A DNA stretch of 64,000 bases. Origin: Microthyrium microscopicum (taxonomy: Eukaryota). Below, one piece after another: positions 49,227-60,431 of this stretch. The position numbers and the translations under genes are program-made. The stretch covers positions 3,342,401 through 3,406,400 of the forward strand of contig MU004231.1 in NCBI GenBank assembly GCA_010405405.1. Direction: 5' to 3'. The notes beneath the pieces were generated by a model. The model did not search any database. It had not been told where the DNA came from and saw nothing but the letters and a program-made list of their open reading frames with translations. How positions within the stretch are numbered: the first letter of the stretch is position 1; the number at the start of each line of letters is the position of its first letter.

Positions 49227-49567
49227 GTGTTATTCAAGATGGAGCGGCTGGATAGTCTTGTATCAGTATGTCCGTAGCCTCTGACAAGAACACCGAGGAG
49301 ATTTATATGCAGTTTCTGATAATGGCAAGGTCTGAAGGGAGCAATGAGAACTAGCTGAGAAATATCTATCACTACAATAGCAGTATCAGGCCCTGGGAGT
49401 GATTGTTCAGAAGATATCCAGAGCTACAGTGTTTACCATTCACAGATTAAGCAAAGTATCAATGATTTACTACTGGCTGATATTGGAAAACATAAACACC
49501 TCATAAGATTGCTCAAAATCAAGTGATGCAAATAGTCGAAGTCGGTGAGACATAGCCGATATTGGTT

Positions 49568-51531
49568 TCAATAACCTTCATCTATACAAGCGTAGCCATT
49601 CTCTTCCACCGGGCCACAGCTGGGATAGGCAGGCGATCTAACAGGTGTTGCAGTAGTGGATGCGGCAGGCGGTGTTGGAGATGCTGCCACGTTTGATTTC
49701 TCTGCACCTGCTGCGACAGCGGCCGCTGACGAAGACTTTTCTGCTGCCAAGCTTCCGAGAGCGCTTGCTAATCCAGGTGCAGAAAACTGGAATGAAGCTG
49801 ATGCTGTGACCAATGTAGTCGACGAGGTTGTGGAAGTCTGAGTGGAAGTCATGAATGAGCTCGGCGTCGTAAAAGGCGGGTCGGGGGTTGAAGGAAACAA
49901 GGTCATTTCCCAGTTGATAGACATATCCATGGAGCAAGCCGGAAATACAGTAACTGAAGCGGTACTGCTTGTTGAAGGTGTCAAGTCACAACCGCTTCTC
50001 GTTACTGAGCATGTTGTTATTGTCGAGCAGTTTTGTGTCTGAGTCACAGTCGAAGTGATTGACGGAGCAACTGTAGTCAAAGATAGCGATTCGGAGCAGG
50101 TGGTGCTGACAAGACAGTCTGTGACTAGAGAGGCTGAACACTTGAGTCTGCGTTAAAACCGGACACTAAGAAAAGATTCAACAAAACTAACCGTTGTAAG
50201 AGATGTAGTCATCAAATTCGTCGGCACTGCCGTTGGTGCGGTTGTGGGCGCTGTGACTTGCGTTACCCCAGGCACAACGTTTGTCGGCTTAGTAGTAGTT
50301 TTCGGGATCTCATTCAAAGGTGGAAGACCTGCAGTCTCAGAAGGATCATCGTCGGGTGTCTCTGGTGGGCACGTATTTATGATAATAATATTGAAGCAAG
50401 TCGGGAATTTTATCGTTGGAATGGGAAACTTAGGAAGCTTGATTTCGACGTTGGGGAGTGAAACTAAATTCCACATGAATATCCTGAATTGGTCGGTTCA
50501 TTAACATTCCGTAGGATACAGTATCAGAAAACTTACCATATCTTTTCCCCTCCCTCTGGATCACAACTTTTACATCTGACAACCGGAATTGTTGTTTCCT
50601 TACCATCAGGTCCAGTTGTTTTGGTCATGAAGTTTTGGGTCCACAGTGAATTAGTAGTGGCTTTAGTGCTAAAGCCAGGAGGAGTGTTCGTTATTGTCAA
50701 CGTTGGATGGTTTGTAGTACCAGGTTGATTGGAAAGTAAGAGAAGAGGAGCCTCGCTTGTGCTAGATGTGGAAGTTGTGACGCCAGATACTGGGGGTGGG
50801 GTGGGAAACGTCGATGATGACGATTGATCGGACAAAGCACTGAGTGTGATGGAAGTTGAGTTTTCACTGGCAGTGCTATTGCTGACTGTAGAAACCCCGG
50901 AGCTTGCTAAGATGGATGATGAAATTGATACGAATGGATCATTAGTGAGGACGATTGTTGTAAGAGTTGAGCTTTCTGCTTGAGAAGCCGACTCAGAAAC
51001 ATCAGTGGAGAGTTGTAAAGAGTGATCGGAAGCGCCAGAAGTCGGAGAAGAGCTGGAAGATGAGAATGATAGAGATGGGTCGTTGCTTGATACCGTTGTA
51101 CTAAAAGTTGATCTCGTTATCTGTGTTATCGACTCGAAGATATCACCGGAGACTGCTGAAGAGACACTAGATACAGACAAAGAGCCGTAAAAGTCTGAAG
51201 CGAATAGAGTATTGTATGAGCTTAAGCTGGCAAGGTCGCTTGAAAGATACAACGACTGAGCAGTGCTTGAATCGTTGTAGCCAGAATTTGCAGTTGTAGG
51301 TAAGGTTGAGGGGCTAGAGAGCGCAGCTGCACCAGAGATAGTAGGGGACGAGCTCCAAGACACATATGGTGATGACGGGAAGAGTGACACTGAAGCCTCA
51401 CTCTGTCCATCCTCTCGTTTTTGAAGGTTTTGGTGTGTCTTTGACCTGCTATCTGGTTTCAGGACCCGGCAACTAATAGGCTCAAGTAAAAAGATCAAGG
51501 AGAAAATAGACGAGAATAGTCTGAACTTCAT
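49568..51531 (-). CDS. Secreted Ser/Thr-rich protein with Cys-containing islands; 3 exons
   Basis: Signal peptide and a KR site, long S/T tracts, TTGPDGKETTIPVVRCKSC..KIW|IFMWNLVSLPNVEIKLPKFP..PTCFNIIIINTCPP, then CSASLVTDCLVSTTC..CSTITTCSVT. Two introns near 50536-50485 and 50190-50141. Confidence 0.7.
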
Positions 51532-52594
51532 GATTGGAACAAGATTGGAGGGTATCAGGTATATCGTAGCAAAGAAAATCTAAGATCATGTTATTCAGAA
51601 AAGTCGTGATTTAAGCAAAGCCCGAATTTATATGAGAGTTTAAAGGGTAATGTTCTACACGCCCCAGTCTGGACTCTTCAGTTCTAATAACGGTGAACAA
51701 GGACCAAAAGAGATATATTGGTTCTCACAGCCGCCCTGGAGTTCCCCAAAACATCCTGAAGCGACCGCTTCTAATTCAAAATTAGCCACCAACTTCCCGG
51801 TGTCCTCTGCAATGAAGCTCGACTGGTATGATGTTCTTGTTGGTGTGATAGCTCGTATCTTAGAATAAACTAGCCCAACAATATGGCTTGTCAGGGCCGA
51901 CTAGGAAACAGAGGAATTGTTGGATTACAATCGAACTCTGTGGGATGAATCGAAGCCAGGATGGGTGGAATTATGTGGATATGCTTGCTTCAGTACCCGG
52001 AGACGGCTGGGTCAATTGGATCCGATGATACCCACCAACACGGAGTGTAGACAGCGCTTGTTGGTTATTCTGTAGGCATATTCAAATTTAGGCCGTCTTG
52101 TACTCCAAGTGTTTCATGTTTTCATGTTGGGTCTGTCTACCTGGGACCGACTTCGATTGCGCGGCGTAGATGTTGGATATTCCGTCTTTAAACCTCATAC
52201 TTGATTGGACGGTGACACTATCTCTGGTAGCTTCAGTTGCATCTCCTCTGCTTGGGGCAAATACAAACCCTGGAACATGTTGCAATCGTTATCAGAGGGA
52301 ATGGCCATTGCTGTCCTGAGACGGGCCACCTGGCATAGATGAGGAGTTGAAATGTTGTTGGTGGTGGGTGGCGTCTCTTAGTCGACAGCCGTGCCTTCTC
52401 ATATCACAAAGTCCTGAATGAAAGCGTTTCGCCAAGCAGTATTAATAGGAATTCTGCAGAGGGGAGGCTTGCGGCTAAGAAATATCTTCAAGTTCTATAA
52501 GATATAAGAATTGTGCCCAGATCGTCTTTGGTGTCATTGACATCTATCTCACTGCGAATCGCATTAATGACTGATTTGGTCACTGCTTAGTCCC

Positions 52595-53663
52595 ATGTTA
52601 TTGACTTTGTTTATCGAGATGCATTCGAACGCTTCATTCTGGCTCGTTTTATTCGCCTTATCTGCTACGCTACCGGAAGTTATCACAGCTCAGACAACCT
52701 CAACTCGGCCTACCGCAATTTATACACCGGTACCTCTGCCCCCCGAGATGAGTAAATATACTGTTCAGGTCAGTACCTAGCCTCTTATGCATAGTCTCGG
52801 CGATCACTAAATGGAGACATTCAGTGGTTTCTCGATAATGCCAAACCGCAATATAGGCCAATATTGAACAGGATGCCCCCTATGGAGAGATTGAGAGACC
52901 GCTGCTTGTTTTACTCATCAGGACTTTCCGATGATGCAAGACGTATTGCCCCACCGCTGGGTCTTATCACCATATGGGTTAGTATCTCAAGCATCGCTCT
53001 TCTTGTTCTTACAAATATAGGATGTCTGGGAGGATTGGCTTTATAATGGCGACCCAGTCGACACTAATCCGCTGAGAAACATCATCCGAACGGAAAGAGT
53101 CCCAGTTATAGATAATGCTGGAAACCCTGTTATGGATACAACAGTCACTCCACCTGTACCAAAAATGAAAACCAAGTCAACTGGAGTCGCTCTCACATAC
53201 TTCAGCAGAATGTCGCTGGCTTTTGCCCATATCTGCAGTGGCGAAATTCGCTCCATACATAAAGACCTCGGAGAGATAGCAGAAATTGGAATCTTTAGAC
53301 AGGTGGAATTGCGCTGGCTGCAGCGAAAGATGAAGCCGGGTTGTCAGCAATTTCCTGTATCAAGTGTGAGTACTTTGACGTCTGTTTGTATTCAACATCT
53401 GACTATTGCAGATTTCTGGAACTCAATATACGGATTGTCCTGTACAAGGCCCATCCGTGCCCCTTGAGACTGAGTCGGTTGGAGGTCCATATACACCTGG
53501 AAAATCTCGTCGACTGAAGCGTGGTGACCCTGATTCCGATTCAAGCGCTGCTGATAAAACGGCAAAACTGTGGGCCTCGGTGGATGATGTTGATTTATAT
53601 TCCGTGGGTGGAGTTATGGATGGTCTCTTTGAAAGTATCGAAAATCTGATGGAGACATGTTGA
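52595..53663 (+). CDS. Secreted protein with ADP-ribosyl-cyclase (CD38/Tox-ARC)-like motifs, putative NAD+ glycohydrolase; 4 exons
   Basis: Signal peptide (start 52595 or 52619). Introns 52769-52824, 52978-53020 and 53366-53411 give one frame containing RCLFYSSGLSDDARRIA..LITIWDVW, YFSRMSLAFAHICSGEI and GIFRQVELRWL. The gene model is solid; the fold assignment is inference. Confidence 0.65.
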
Positions 53664-54839
53664 ATGGACTGGTTGTTAGAGTATTTCCGGGGGTTTGCTA
53701 GCAGGTTAGGTAAGTACCTAAGTAGGTACTTAGGTAGTTGTATAAGTAAATGTTGTATAGATCCATCGCTGTCGCTTAGGCTACTCGACTTTTATACTAC
53801 TGGATTCAGCTAGGCTTGCCAGGCTCAGAAATTTGTTTTATTAGCTATCGCCTTCTAAACTTTCCATGTTCACAATTGATCAACTGTTTGGAAGCCTCAG
53901 TAGCTTTTCTCTTCAGTAAACTGAAAAGACTAGACAGAAGTAGCACTATTTTTTTTGGCTTTGTTCCGCATCACATACCTTAGGTACTTGGCTTATATTT
54001 CTATCGTTCTATCGTTTCTAGAAATATGGGTATGCCTGGAAGTTCCCACGCGAAAGTATTGGCGGCAGCCGCATTAAGGAAAGGATTGCCTTGGAGGGCA
54101 GAGCATTAAGTCACCGGTCGCTCTGGCACATTTTGATACCTAATCCAGATCTAAACCGTACAGAAGATGGAAATGCTTTTGATTGGTCGACCAATTTGTG
54201 GCGTTTTCAAGCTGGTGGCTCCGCTTTCCAGGAGATCCACCTGATGTCCGCTAATTTTAGTGAACCGTGACGAAATCTTAAGCTCTACGGAGTATGGAGC
54301 ATGGCCCTGCTTGACAGAACGTGGCCTCCTAGCATCTAAAAACTGTGACTGCGAAGACCCTTGGGACCTTCTTTTGCTTCGTATCCTAAGCAAATAATTA
54401 AAAAAAATTAGACGTAGTGGGTGTTGGATGGCATTATCGAGGCGTAAGGTTCAGGACGTGAGAGGCTGGACATAATAAACGCACCGTGAGGCCCAGGAGG
54501 CGAAGGAGGAACGGCCAATATTTCAAGGACCCGATTTCAAATCAGACGATATGAGCATGATACGGACCACTTTGGACCGACTGAGGTTGGTGGTCGAGCC
54601 GCGGGCCCAGTCAATGCATGTTTGAATGAGCTTTGACGAATTGGGCTCATGGATTCATGGTAGGCGCCGAAATACTTGTTAGCTGTTACGCAGCCTGGAA
54701 ATTCTGGGCCGCAACTCTATATTCTTGAGGACTTTCTATCTCGGACCTTGACCTCTACCCGAAAGAATGTGGCAATACATCGTCTTAATCCGAACACAGC
54801 GTCGCCAGTAAAATTCTATCTTCCTTCGTTCCCCAGAAA

Positions 54840-55955
54840 ATGGCTTCGCATGAGACATTGTGCTTTGATGAGGCATTTAGAGAACTCGCTCGTGCACACA
54901 TCAACGAGACGGCCTTCTGGTCTCAGATCTTACTTCATTTCCAAGGCGTCAGACACCCGGCAGACAAAACCAAGGACAGAATTACGGGACAATTGCGATT
55001 CCAATATTGGGCTTCGCTCTACTCTATACGTCACATTGCGGTCGACACGGATTATACTCCTCTGTCCGAGGATTCCATTTTTGTATTGGAGAAGATTCTT
55101 CGAGCTTGCACAATCGATAACTTGAAGGTTCTGGAGTCGGACTTTCATGCGTTTCTAGCAGAGACGCCTCACTTGGAGGGTATCATTCAGCCAATGGCTC
55201 TGTTATCTGTCGAGTTCAACAGTACCGACTGTCTTCGCTTTTGCCTGGAGAATGGTGCGACCGTCCATGACGAACTCATGGACTTTGCCGTAGAGAGGTC
55301 ACGGACGTACACTACGAGCCCCCAGCTTCTAGGAATACTCTTCGAGCATGGCTGGCGCGAAATGAATGAGTTAGAATTATCAAAGCTCGCGACGCAAGCA
55401 ATTCTGCTCCCAAAGCCTAGAAGTGACACATCTGGTGCCGTACAATGGATGTTGGAACACGGTGCCAAACTTCAATCTGCCGACATTAGAGAGGCAGTGA
55501 GGAGAAAAGTACCTGAAAAGACATTAGCTCTTCTGATTGCCCTTGACCGCAAGGCGGCTACTACTTTTGGGTCAGTTCACGCCGCCATGATCGCCAAAAA
55601 TCCCGAAGCAGTCAAGTTGCTCTTGGAAGCCGGGGCTTGTCCTGATCATCCATGGCACGATGGATTTGACGAACGAGAATCTTCAATGAATACTCCTATC
55701 ATTGAGTCTATACGCCCTACCAAGATAGCCGATCCTGATACTCCGGAGAATTTGAGGAAACGTCTGGCGATTGCTCGTTTACTCTTGGAGCATGGCGCGG
55801 ATACCAATGAGATAGGCTATTCCAAAGAAACAATCATGACAGCACTTGCAAGGTGCAACGTCGGGAAGAAGCAGTTCGAAAAATTGTTTGAAGAGTTTGG
55901 GGTGGATATTACCAAAACCATAGATCCGGCTACGTTACCAAAGATTTATAGGTAG
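54840..55955 (+). CDS. Intronless ankyrin-repeat-like protein, 371 aa, no signal peptide
   Basis: Repeated ankyrin-type segments CLRFCLENGAT, LLGILFEHGW, AVQWMLEHGAK, VHAAMIAKNPEAVKLLLEAGACPD, IARLLLEHGADTN. Confidence 0.78.
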   Translation: MASHETLCFDEAFRELARAHINETAFWSQILLHFQGVRHPADKTKDRITGQLRFQYWASLYSIRHIAVDTDYTPLSEDSIFVLEKILRACTIDNLKVLESDFHAFLAETPHLEGIIQPMALLSVEFNSTDCLRFCLENGATVHDELMDFAVERSRTYTTSPQLLGILFEHGWREMNELELSKLATQAILLPKPRSDTSGAVQWMLEHGAKLQSADIREAVRRKVPEKTLALLIALDRKAATTFGSVHAAMIAKNPEAVKLLLEAGACPDHPWHDGFDERESSMNTPIIESIRPTKIADPDTPENLRKRLAIARLLLEHGADTNEIGYSKETIMTALARCNVGKKQFEKLFEEFGVDITKTIDPATLPKIYR

Positions 55956-56353
55956 ACGAGTGATAGATTATGGGCAAATTTGACTTCCACAAAGGACATT
56001 TTACTCATACAACTGAAGTTTTACGTTTGCTTAGCGTTGTAGAGAATGGTACCATGGTTGACGTTGATATGATACCAACTTTGAGAGCCAACTAAGGAAC
56101 TCAAGCTTACACTAATTCACACCTGTACCATGGTTGACAATGAATCTCCTTCAAGGCTTACAATATCACCTGTAGGCAGATTGATTCTTATATCTAAGTC
56201 GCTGAGAATAAATTGTGGATTTCTCACTCTGCTTTCCCAAGCTACTTTCACCATATTCCTCCCCATTACAGAGTGAATCATTTCCTTACAATACATCCAC
56301 TCATCACCCTTTCTTAACCAATAATCACTCTTCTCACAAACACCACAACAGAA

Positions 56354-57820
56354 ATGGACAACTCCAAGATATATGCACCAGTCGACAGCCTGCCTTCCTC
56401 GGCTGATCCAAATTGCTACCCCAGAGCCAGCTTCCTACTTCTGCCGAAGGGTATCAGACTGACCATCCTCCGCAAAGCCGGCCTATCTCGCCAATATCGT
56501 GTCCAAATGGGAGTTGAGGATCCGCAGCATAATCCTCACAAGGAGTCGTTTGGAGACGAATGGGTACCAACTCCAGTCGCGTTATTTCAAACGTGCAAGA
56601 CCCTGCACCAGGAGGCCTGCGAAGTCTTCTATGGCGAGAATGTCTTCGTACTCGATGCCAGCAAGGGTATCAAGAACTTCGATATGCTAAGCAGCGTATC
56701 TACGCAAACCTTGACATTGGTTCGAACCCTCCAAATCGAGTTCAAAAACGAGTTCAAGGACGCAAACCCCCAACATCAGTGGATCAGTCCCTGGCTACAT
56801 GAATGGGAGAGAACATGCGAGTTCCTAGCGTCAAAGTTCCCTCGGGACGCAAATACAGTCTCCATTGACTTGTCAGTGCCCTACATCGACCGCTCTCCAG
56901 ACGCCTACCACTTCCTGGGATCCATGTGTACCTTAGCCCCGTTGGCTAGAGTCCGATATCATGATGAACGGCCTCAGCGTAGGCGCAGACGCCGTAATGG
57001 TTTGATCATCCCGCTTTTTCCTACTGAGCTCGAGCGGCAAAACAATTTTAGAACGCTGCGAATGTTGGAACACCACAGGTTTAGCTTTACGTCACGGCAA
57101 ATTGAGAAACGAAAGGGTGGCTTCTTTCCATTTCTCAGCTTACCGGTGGAACTTCAAGAGATAGTGTTGTCACATACGGACTTGGTTGGCAATACACGAA
57201 CAGGTCTGCCGCTCACCAAAGCAATCAACCATGCTTCTCAATGCTGTTCATATTGCATGGATCCCAATCTCAAGCCTGATAGCAAACCAGAAGAACGGTG
57301 TTGCTGCAGCGTCCCTCTCCACAGCTATTCAAGCACTTGTAGGTGCAATCCGCTACGGAGTTCAGGACTCCTCTTGACCAGCAAATACGTACGCGAATTA
57401 GGACTCGCAGTCCTACAGAGAGAGAACATCTTCTTCTGTTCCGGCCATCTGATCGACATGCTCCATGAAGTTAAAAGTCTAGTAAGGCCGAGCAAGCCTC
57501 AATTGCCGAGGGTCAGAGAACTCCGCATCACTATTGATCACTATAATTGGAGCTCCAGCTTTCACTCAGCGTCTTTGAGAGATCCTGTTGACCCGGAGCT
57601 CTGGCGAACAGGTATGCTGGAATTGCTGGCTGTGATAAATCTGCATTTCAAACACTTGAAGCTATTGAGTGTGGTGTTTGGTAGCCGTTGTGAACTTCCT
57701 CAAGGAATCACTGACTTGCTAGAGCAGACTATTACAGAGCTTGTTAAAGATGGTACTGTTAAGTACAAGCATTGTATCGTGGACTTGGCCAAGCAAAAGG
57801 TCAACGGCATGGCAACATAA
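56354..57820 (+). CDS. F-box-like (DUF7730-type) protein with two F-box-like motifs, 488 aa
   Basis: SFLLLPKGIRLTIL, LFQTCKTLHQEACEVFYGENVF, second FPFLSLPVELQEIVLSHTDLV, Cys cluster CCSYC..CCCS..YSSTCRC, LLLTSKYVRE..LQRENIF. Confidence 0.7.
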   Translation: MDNSKIYAPVDSLPSSADPNCYPRASFLLLPKGIRLTILRKAGLSRQYRVQMGVEDPQHNPHKESFGDEWVPTPVALFQTCKTLHQEACEVFYGENVFVLDASKGIKNFDMLSSVSTQTLTLVRTLQIEFKNEFKDANPQHQWISPWLHEWERTCEFLASKFPRDANTVSIDLSVPYIDRSPDAYHFLGSMCTLAPLARVRYHDERPQRRRRRRNGLIIPLFPTELERQNNFRTLRMLEHHRFSFTSRQIEKRKGGFFPFLSLPVELQEIVLSHTDLVGNTRTGLPLTKAINHASQCCSYCMDPNLKPDSKPEERCCCSVPLHSYSSTCRCNPLRSSGLLLTSKYVRELGLAVLQRENIFFCSGHLIDMLHEVKSLVRPSKPQLPRVRELRITIDHYNWSSSFHSASLRDPVDPELWRTGMLELLAVINLHFKHLKLLSVVFGSRCELPQGITDLLEQTITELVKDGTVKYKHCIVDLAKQKVNGMAT

Positions 57821-58097
57821 ATGGCAACAACACAGTTTAGGCCGATTGAAGTTTTCGCGACAAACTTTGGTAGGTTATCATCGGGGAATTACCACTGTAC
57901 TGCTAGCAAATTAAACATTACTTATCAACATATTGAGCATATAAAACAGCAGCACAGACACCAGGTGATATTAACTACAGCTGAATTATATCTTTCTTCT
58001 TCAACACCTCTAGACTTTTTCCACCTTCGCTCCAATCATCCCTATTCACATCATCATATTAAGATATTCATTTCTCCACCAAGTTGACTACATCCAT

Positions 58098-59665
58098 TTA
58101 AGCGAAGAGAGCAACAACAGCGGCACCAACAGCAGCAGCGCTGAAGCCGAAGTTGCTGGCGCTGCTGTAGTAGTATGTGCCGTTGGCGGCGCTGCCTGGA
58201 GCACCAGCAGCGGGACTATCAATTGATTAGTTTTTGGATGCAGAAATTTGGATGTGAGGAACTTACCCAGCTGGCTTGGAGGTGGAGGTGGAGTTGCTAG
58301 CCCAGCCTGGGCCGGAAGCACCAGCGGATGCAGAGCCCTTGCCGCCGTTGACCTTTCCTTCTCCACCACCGCATGGTGGGAGAGCAGCGTGGCCGGAGCC
58401 GGTTCCGTGGCCGCCTTCGGTGTCTCCGCCGGACTTGGGGCCGGCTGGGAGGCCAGTGCCGTGGCCGGAGTATGGCTTTCCACCGTGACCGGATGAGCTA
58501 GATCCTGAGCCTGAGCCTGAAGATCCTGAGCCTGATCCTGAAGAGCCTGAGCCTGAGCCTGAAGAGCCTGAGCCTGGCTTGGATGATCCAGTAGGGACTG
58601 GGCCGCTGCCGCTCTTGGATGGGGATCCTGAGCCGGAGCTGGCACCTGGGCCGGATGGAGCAGTTCCGTTACCACTTGGGAGTGGGCCAGCAGCAGAGGA
58701 GGAAGCGATAACAGCGCTGGAGGATGCTCCTGCTGGAGCAGATGAGGTGGAAGCTGGGGCAGCAGAGCTGGAGGAAACAGTGGCAGCGCCTCCGCGGTAC
58801 CAGTTGGCTGGGTCGTCTCCAAGGCATTCACCAACTGGAACGGCTGCGAAGAAGGTCAGATATCGTTCAATGTTGATCGCAAATGTTAAACTTACACTTC
58901 TTTCCTTGGCTGGCGAGGTAGGAGATGATGGCTGGGACGAAGGTCTCGGCGGTTGGCTGATAGGGGTCGTGGTTCAAGGAGATGGTTCCACCAGCGGTGT
59001 AGTTGCCCTCATACCAGGCAATGGAGAGGTCGATTTGACCGATTGGGCCCTCAGCCCAATCCTGGGTGTCGATATCGACTTCGATGATCTTGTAGCCCAA
59101 TGACTGCAGGGTGCTGATAGCCAAGTCGTTGGTAGATAGATATGGAGGACGCATGTAGGTTGGGGCCTTTCCGAGGATAGCAAGATGCGCAGCCTCAAGT
59201 TCTCCCATCTGATCAGTGATTCCAGCCGCATCCAAAGTAGCAAGATCGGCGTGACTCCATCTATGTATTGTTTAACGGAATGCTTTGTTATATGAATCAA
59301 TAAGTAACTTACGTGTGGGAAGCGACTTGATGTCCTCCAGCAATCATGGATAGAAGAGTGGAGTTGTAGTTGTAGATGGTGTCCCAGTTTTGTCCTACAG
59401 TCTTGTTAGCTCAGATCCTTGTGTTGTACTAGATCTACAAACCGTTCTGGAAAAACGTGGCACGGTGACCAGCAGCAGTGAGCTGATCAACGATTTCCTG
59501 GGTGTAGATATATGGGCCATCATCGAAAGTCAATGCGACAACACCAGCTTCAACACAAGAAGTCCAGATGGTGCCATCAACAGGAATAGCTCCTCGCTTG
59601 TGGGAAAGATGGGCCAGCGCCGTGGAGGCAATGCTGGCACCAACAATTAAGTTCTTAATAGACAT
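58098..59665 (-). CDS. CE4 chitin deacetylase (NodB domain) with Ser/Gly/Pro linker and GPI-anchor signal; multi-exon
   Basis: Signal peptide, VALTFDDGPY, ATFFQNG, HQVASHT|WSH, PTYMRPPYL, DTQDW, ISLNHD, VPVGECLGDDPANWYR, SG repeats, hydrophobic end SAAAVGAAVVALFA-stop. Confidence 0.9.
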
Positions 59666-60207
59666 TGTGAAGGTAAGATATTAGTATAAATGAACGACTG
59701 ATGCAAATAAAAGAGAGTGGTTAACCGCAAAGCAACAATAACGAGTGTGAAGCTAGGAGCGAAAGAGATGAAGAAGTCAGTTGAACTTTGGGATGGTTCG
59801 GCAGCCTTGCTGCATTTAAGCGTCTGCTTACCATTTTCAAAGAGCTTTGAATAGCAACACGATGGCGTCCAGACTAGAGCATGCAGTACGGTAGTGCCTT
59901 GGAGAAGGGGGTCATCTCATCTCGCGTGCGTTCGTTCAGAGGCTCAATCGGTACCCAGTAACCCAGTAAACATGGTCGCCATTGCTTGACAGTGCTTGAC
60001 TGGGATGGGAGCTCCAGCTCACAGTCAGGACTCAGGGCCGGTGGGTCTGGGGGAAATAGAGTTGTTGTCTGTGCTCGCCTATGTAGACGCCCAAACGTTT
60101 AGGGGAATGCATTCAACCAATGGCATCTAAGTGCGGCGTAAAAGATCCCAGCGTCAAATGCGACCTGAGATAAGCTCAAACAATGGTGAACGCCTTTCAA
60201 AGTCTTA

Positions 60208-60431
60208 CAGTGCTATTGGGGTTCTGTTGTCCCCCCCCTAAAATTATGAAATAAAATCTAAAGGCCTAATTGGCCAGAGGACAAGCCATTAAGTCTCTAT
60301 TAGGCTTAATGTATAGCAACTTTTGGTCTCATCCAATTAACCCGATTATGGCGCTGGCCGTAAGCCAATCATACTAAGAGTTGCAAACTTATGGTTTTGA
60401 GGGGGGGGACAACAGAACCCCAATAGCACTG
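60208..60431. mobile_element. MITE, 224 bp, Tc1/mariner (impala/mimp-like), with TA target-site duplication
   Basis: Perfect 32-bp TIRs CAGTGCTATTGGGGTTCTGTTGTCCCCCCCCT at 60208-60239 and 60400-60431, flanked by TA at 60206-60207 and 60432-60433. The interior is non-coding. Confidence 0.9.

Noticed and set aside
58088..58834. 248-aa Q/A/L/P-rich ORF and the CCTGAG repeats at ~58500-58580
   Set aside because: This is an off-frame reading of the Ser/Gly linker of the chitin deacetylase; the repeats encode SG units.
2692..59665. GH114 plus deacetylase as a galactosaminogalactan (GAG) cluster
   Set aside because: The genes are over 50 kb apart, the deacetylase is a classical CE4 CDA and not Agd3-like, and no Gtb3, Uge3 or Sph3 homolog is present.
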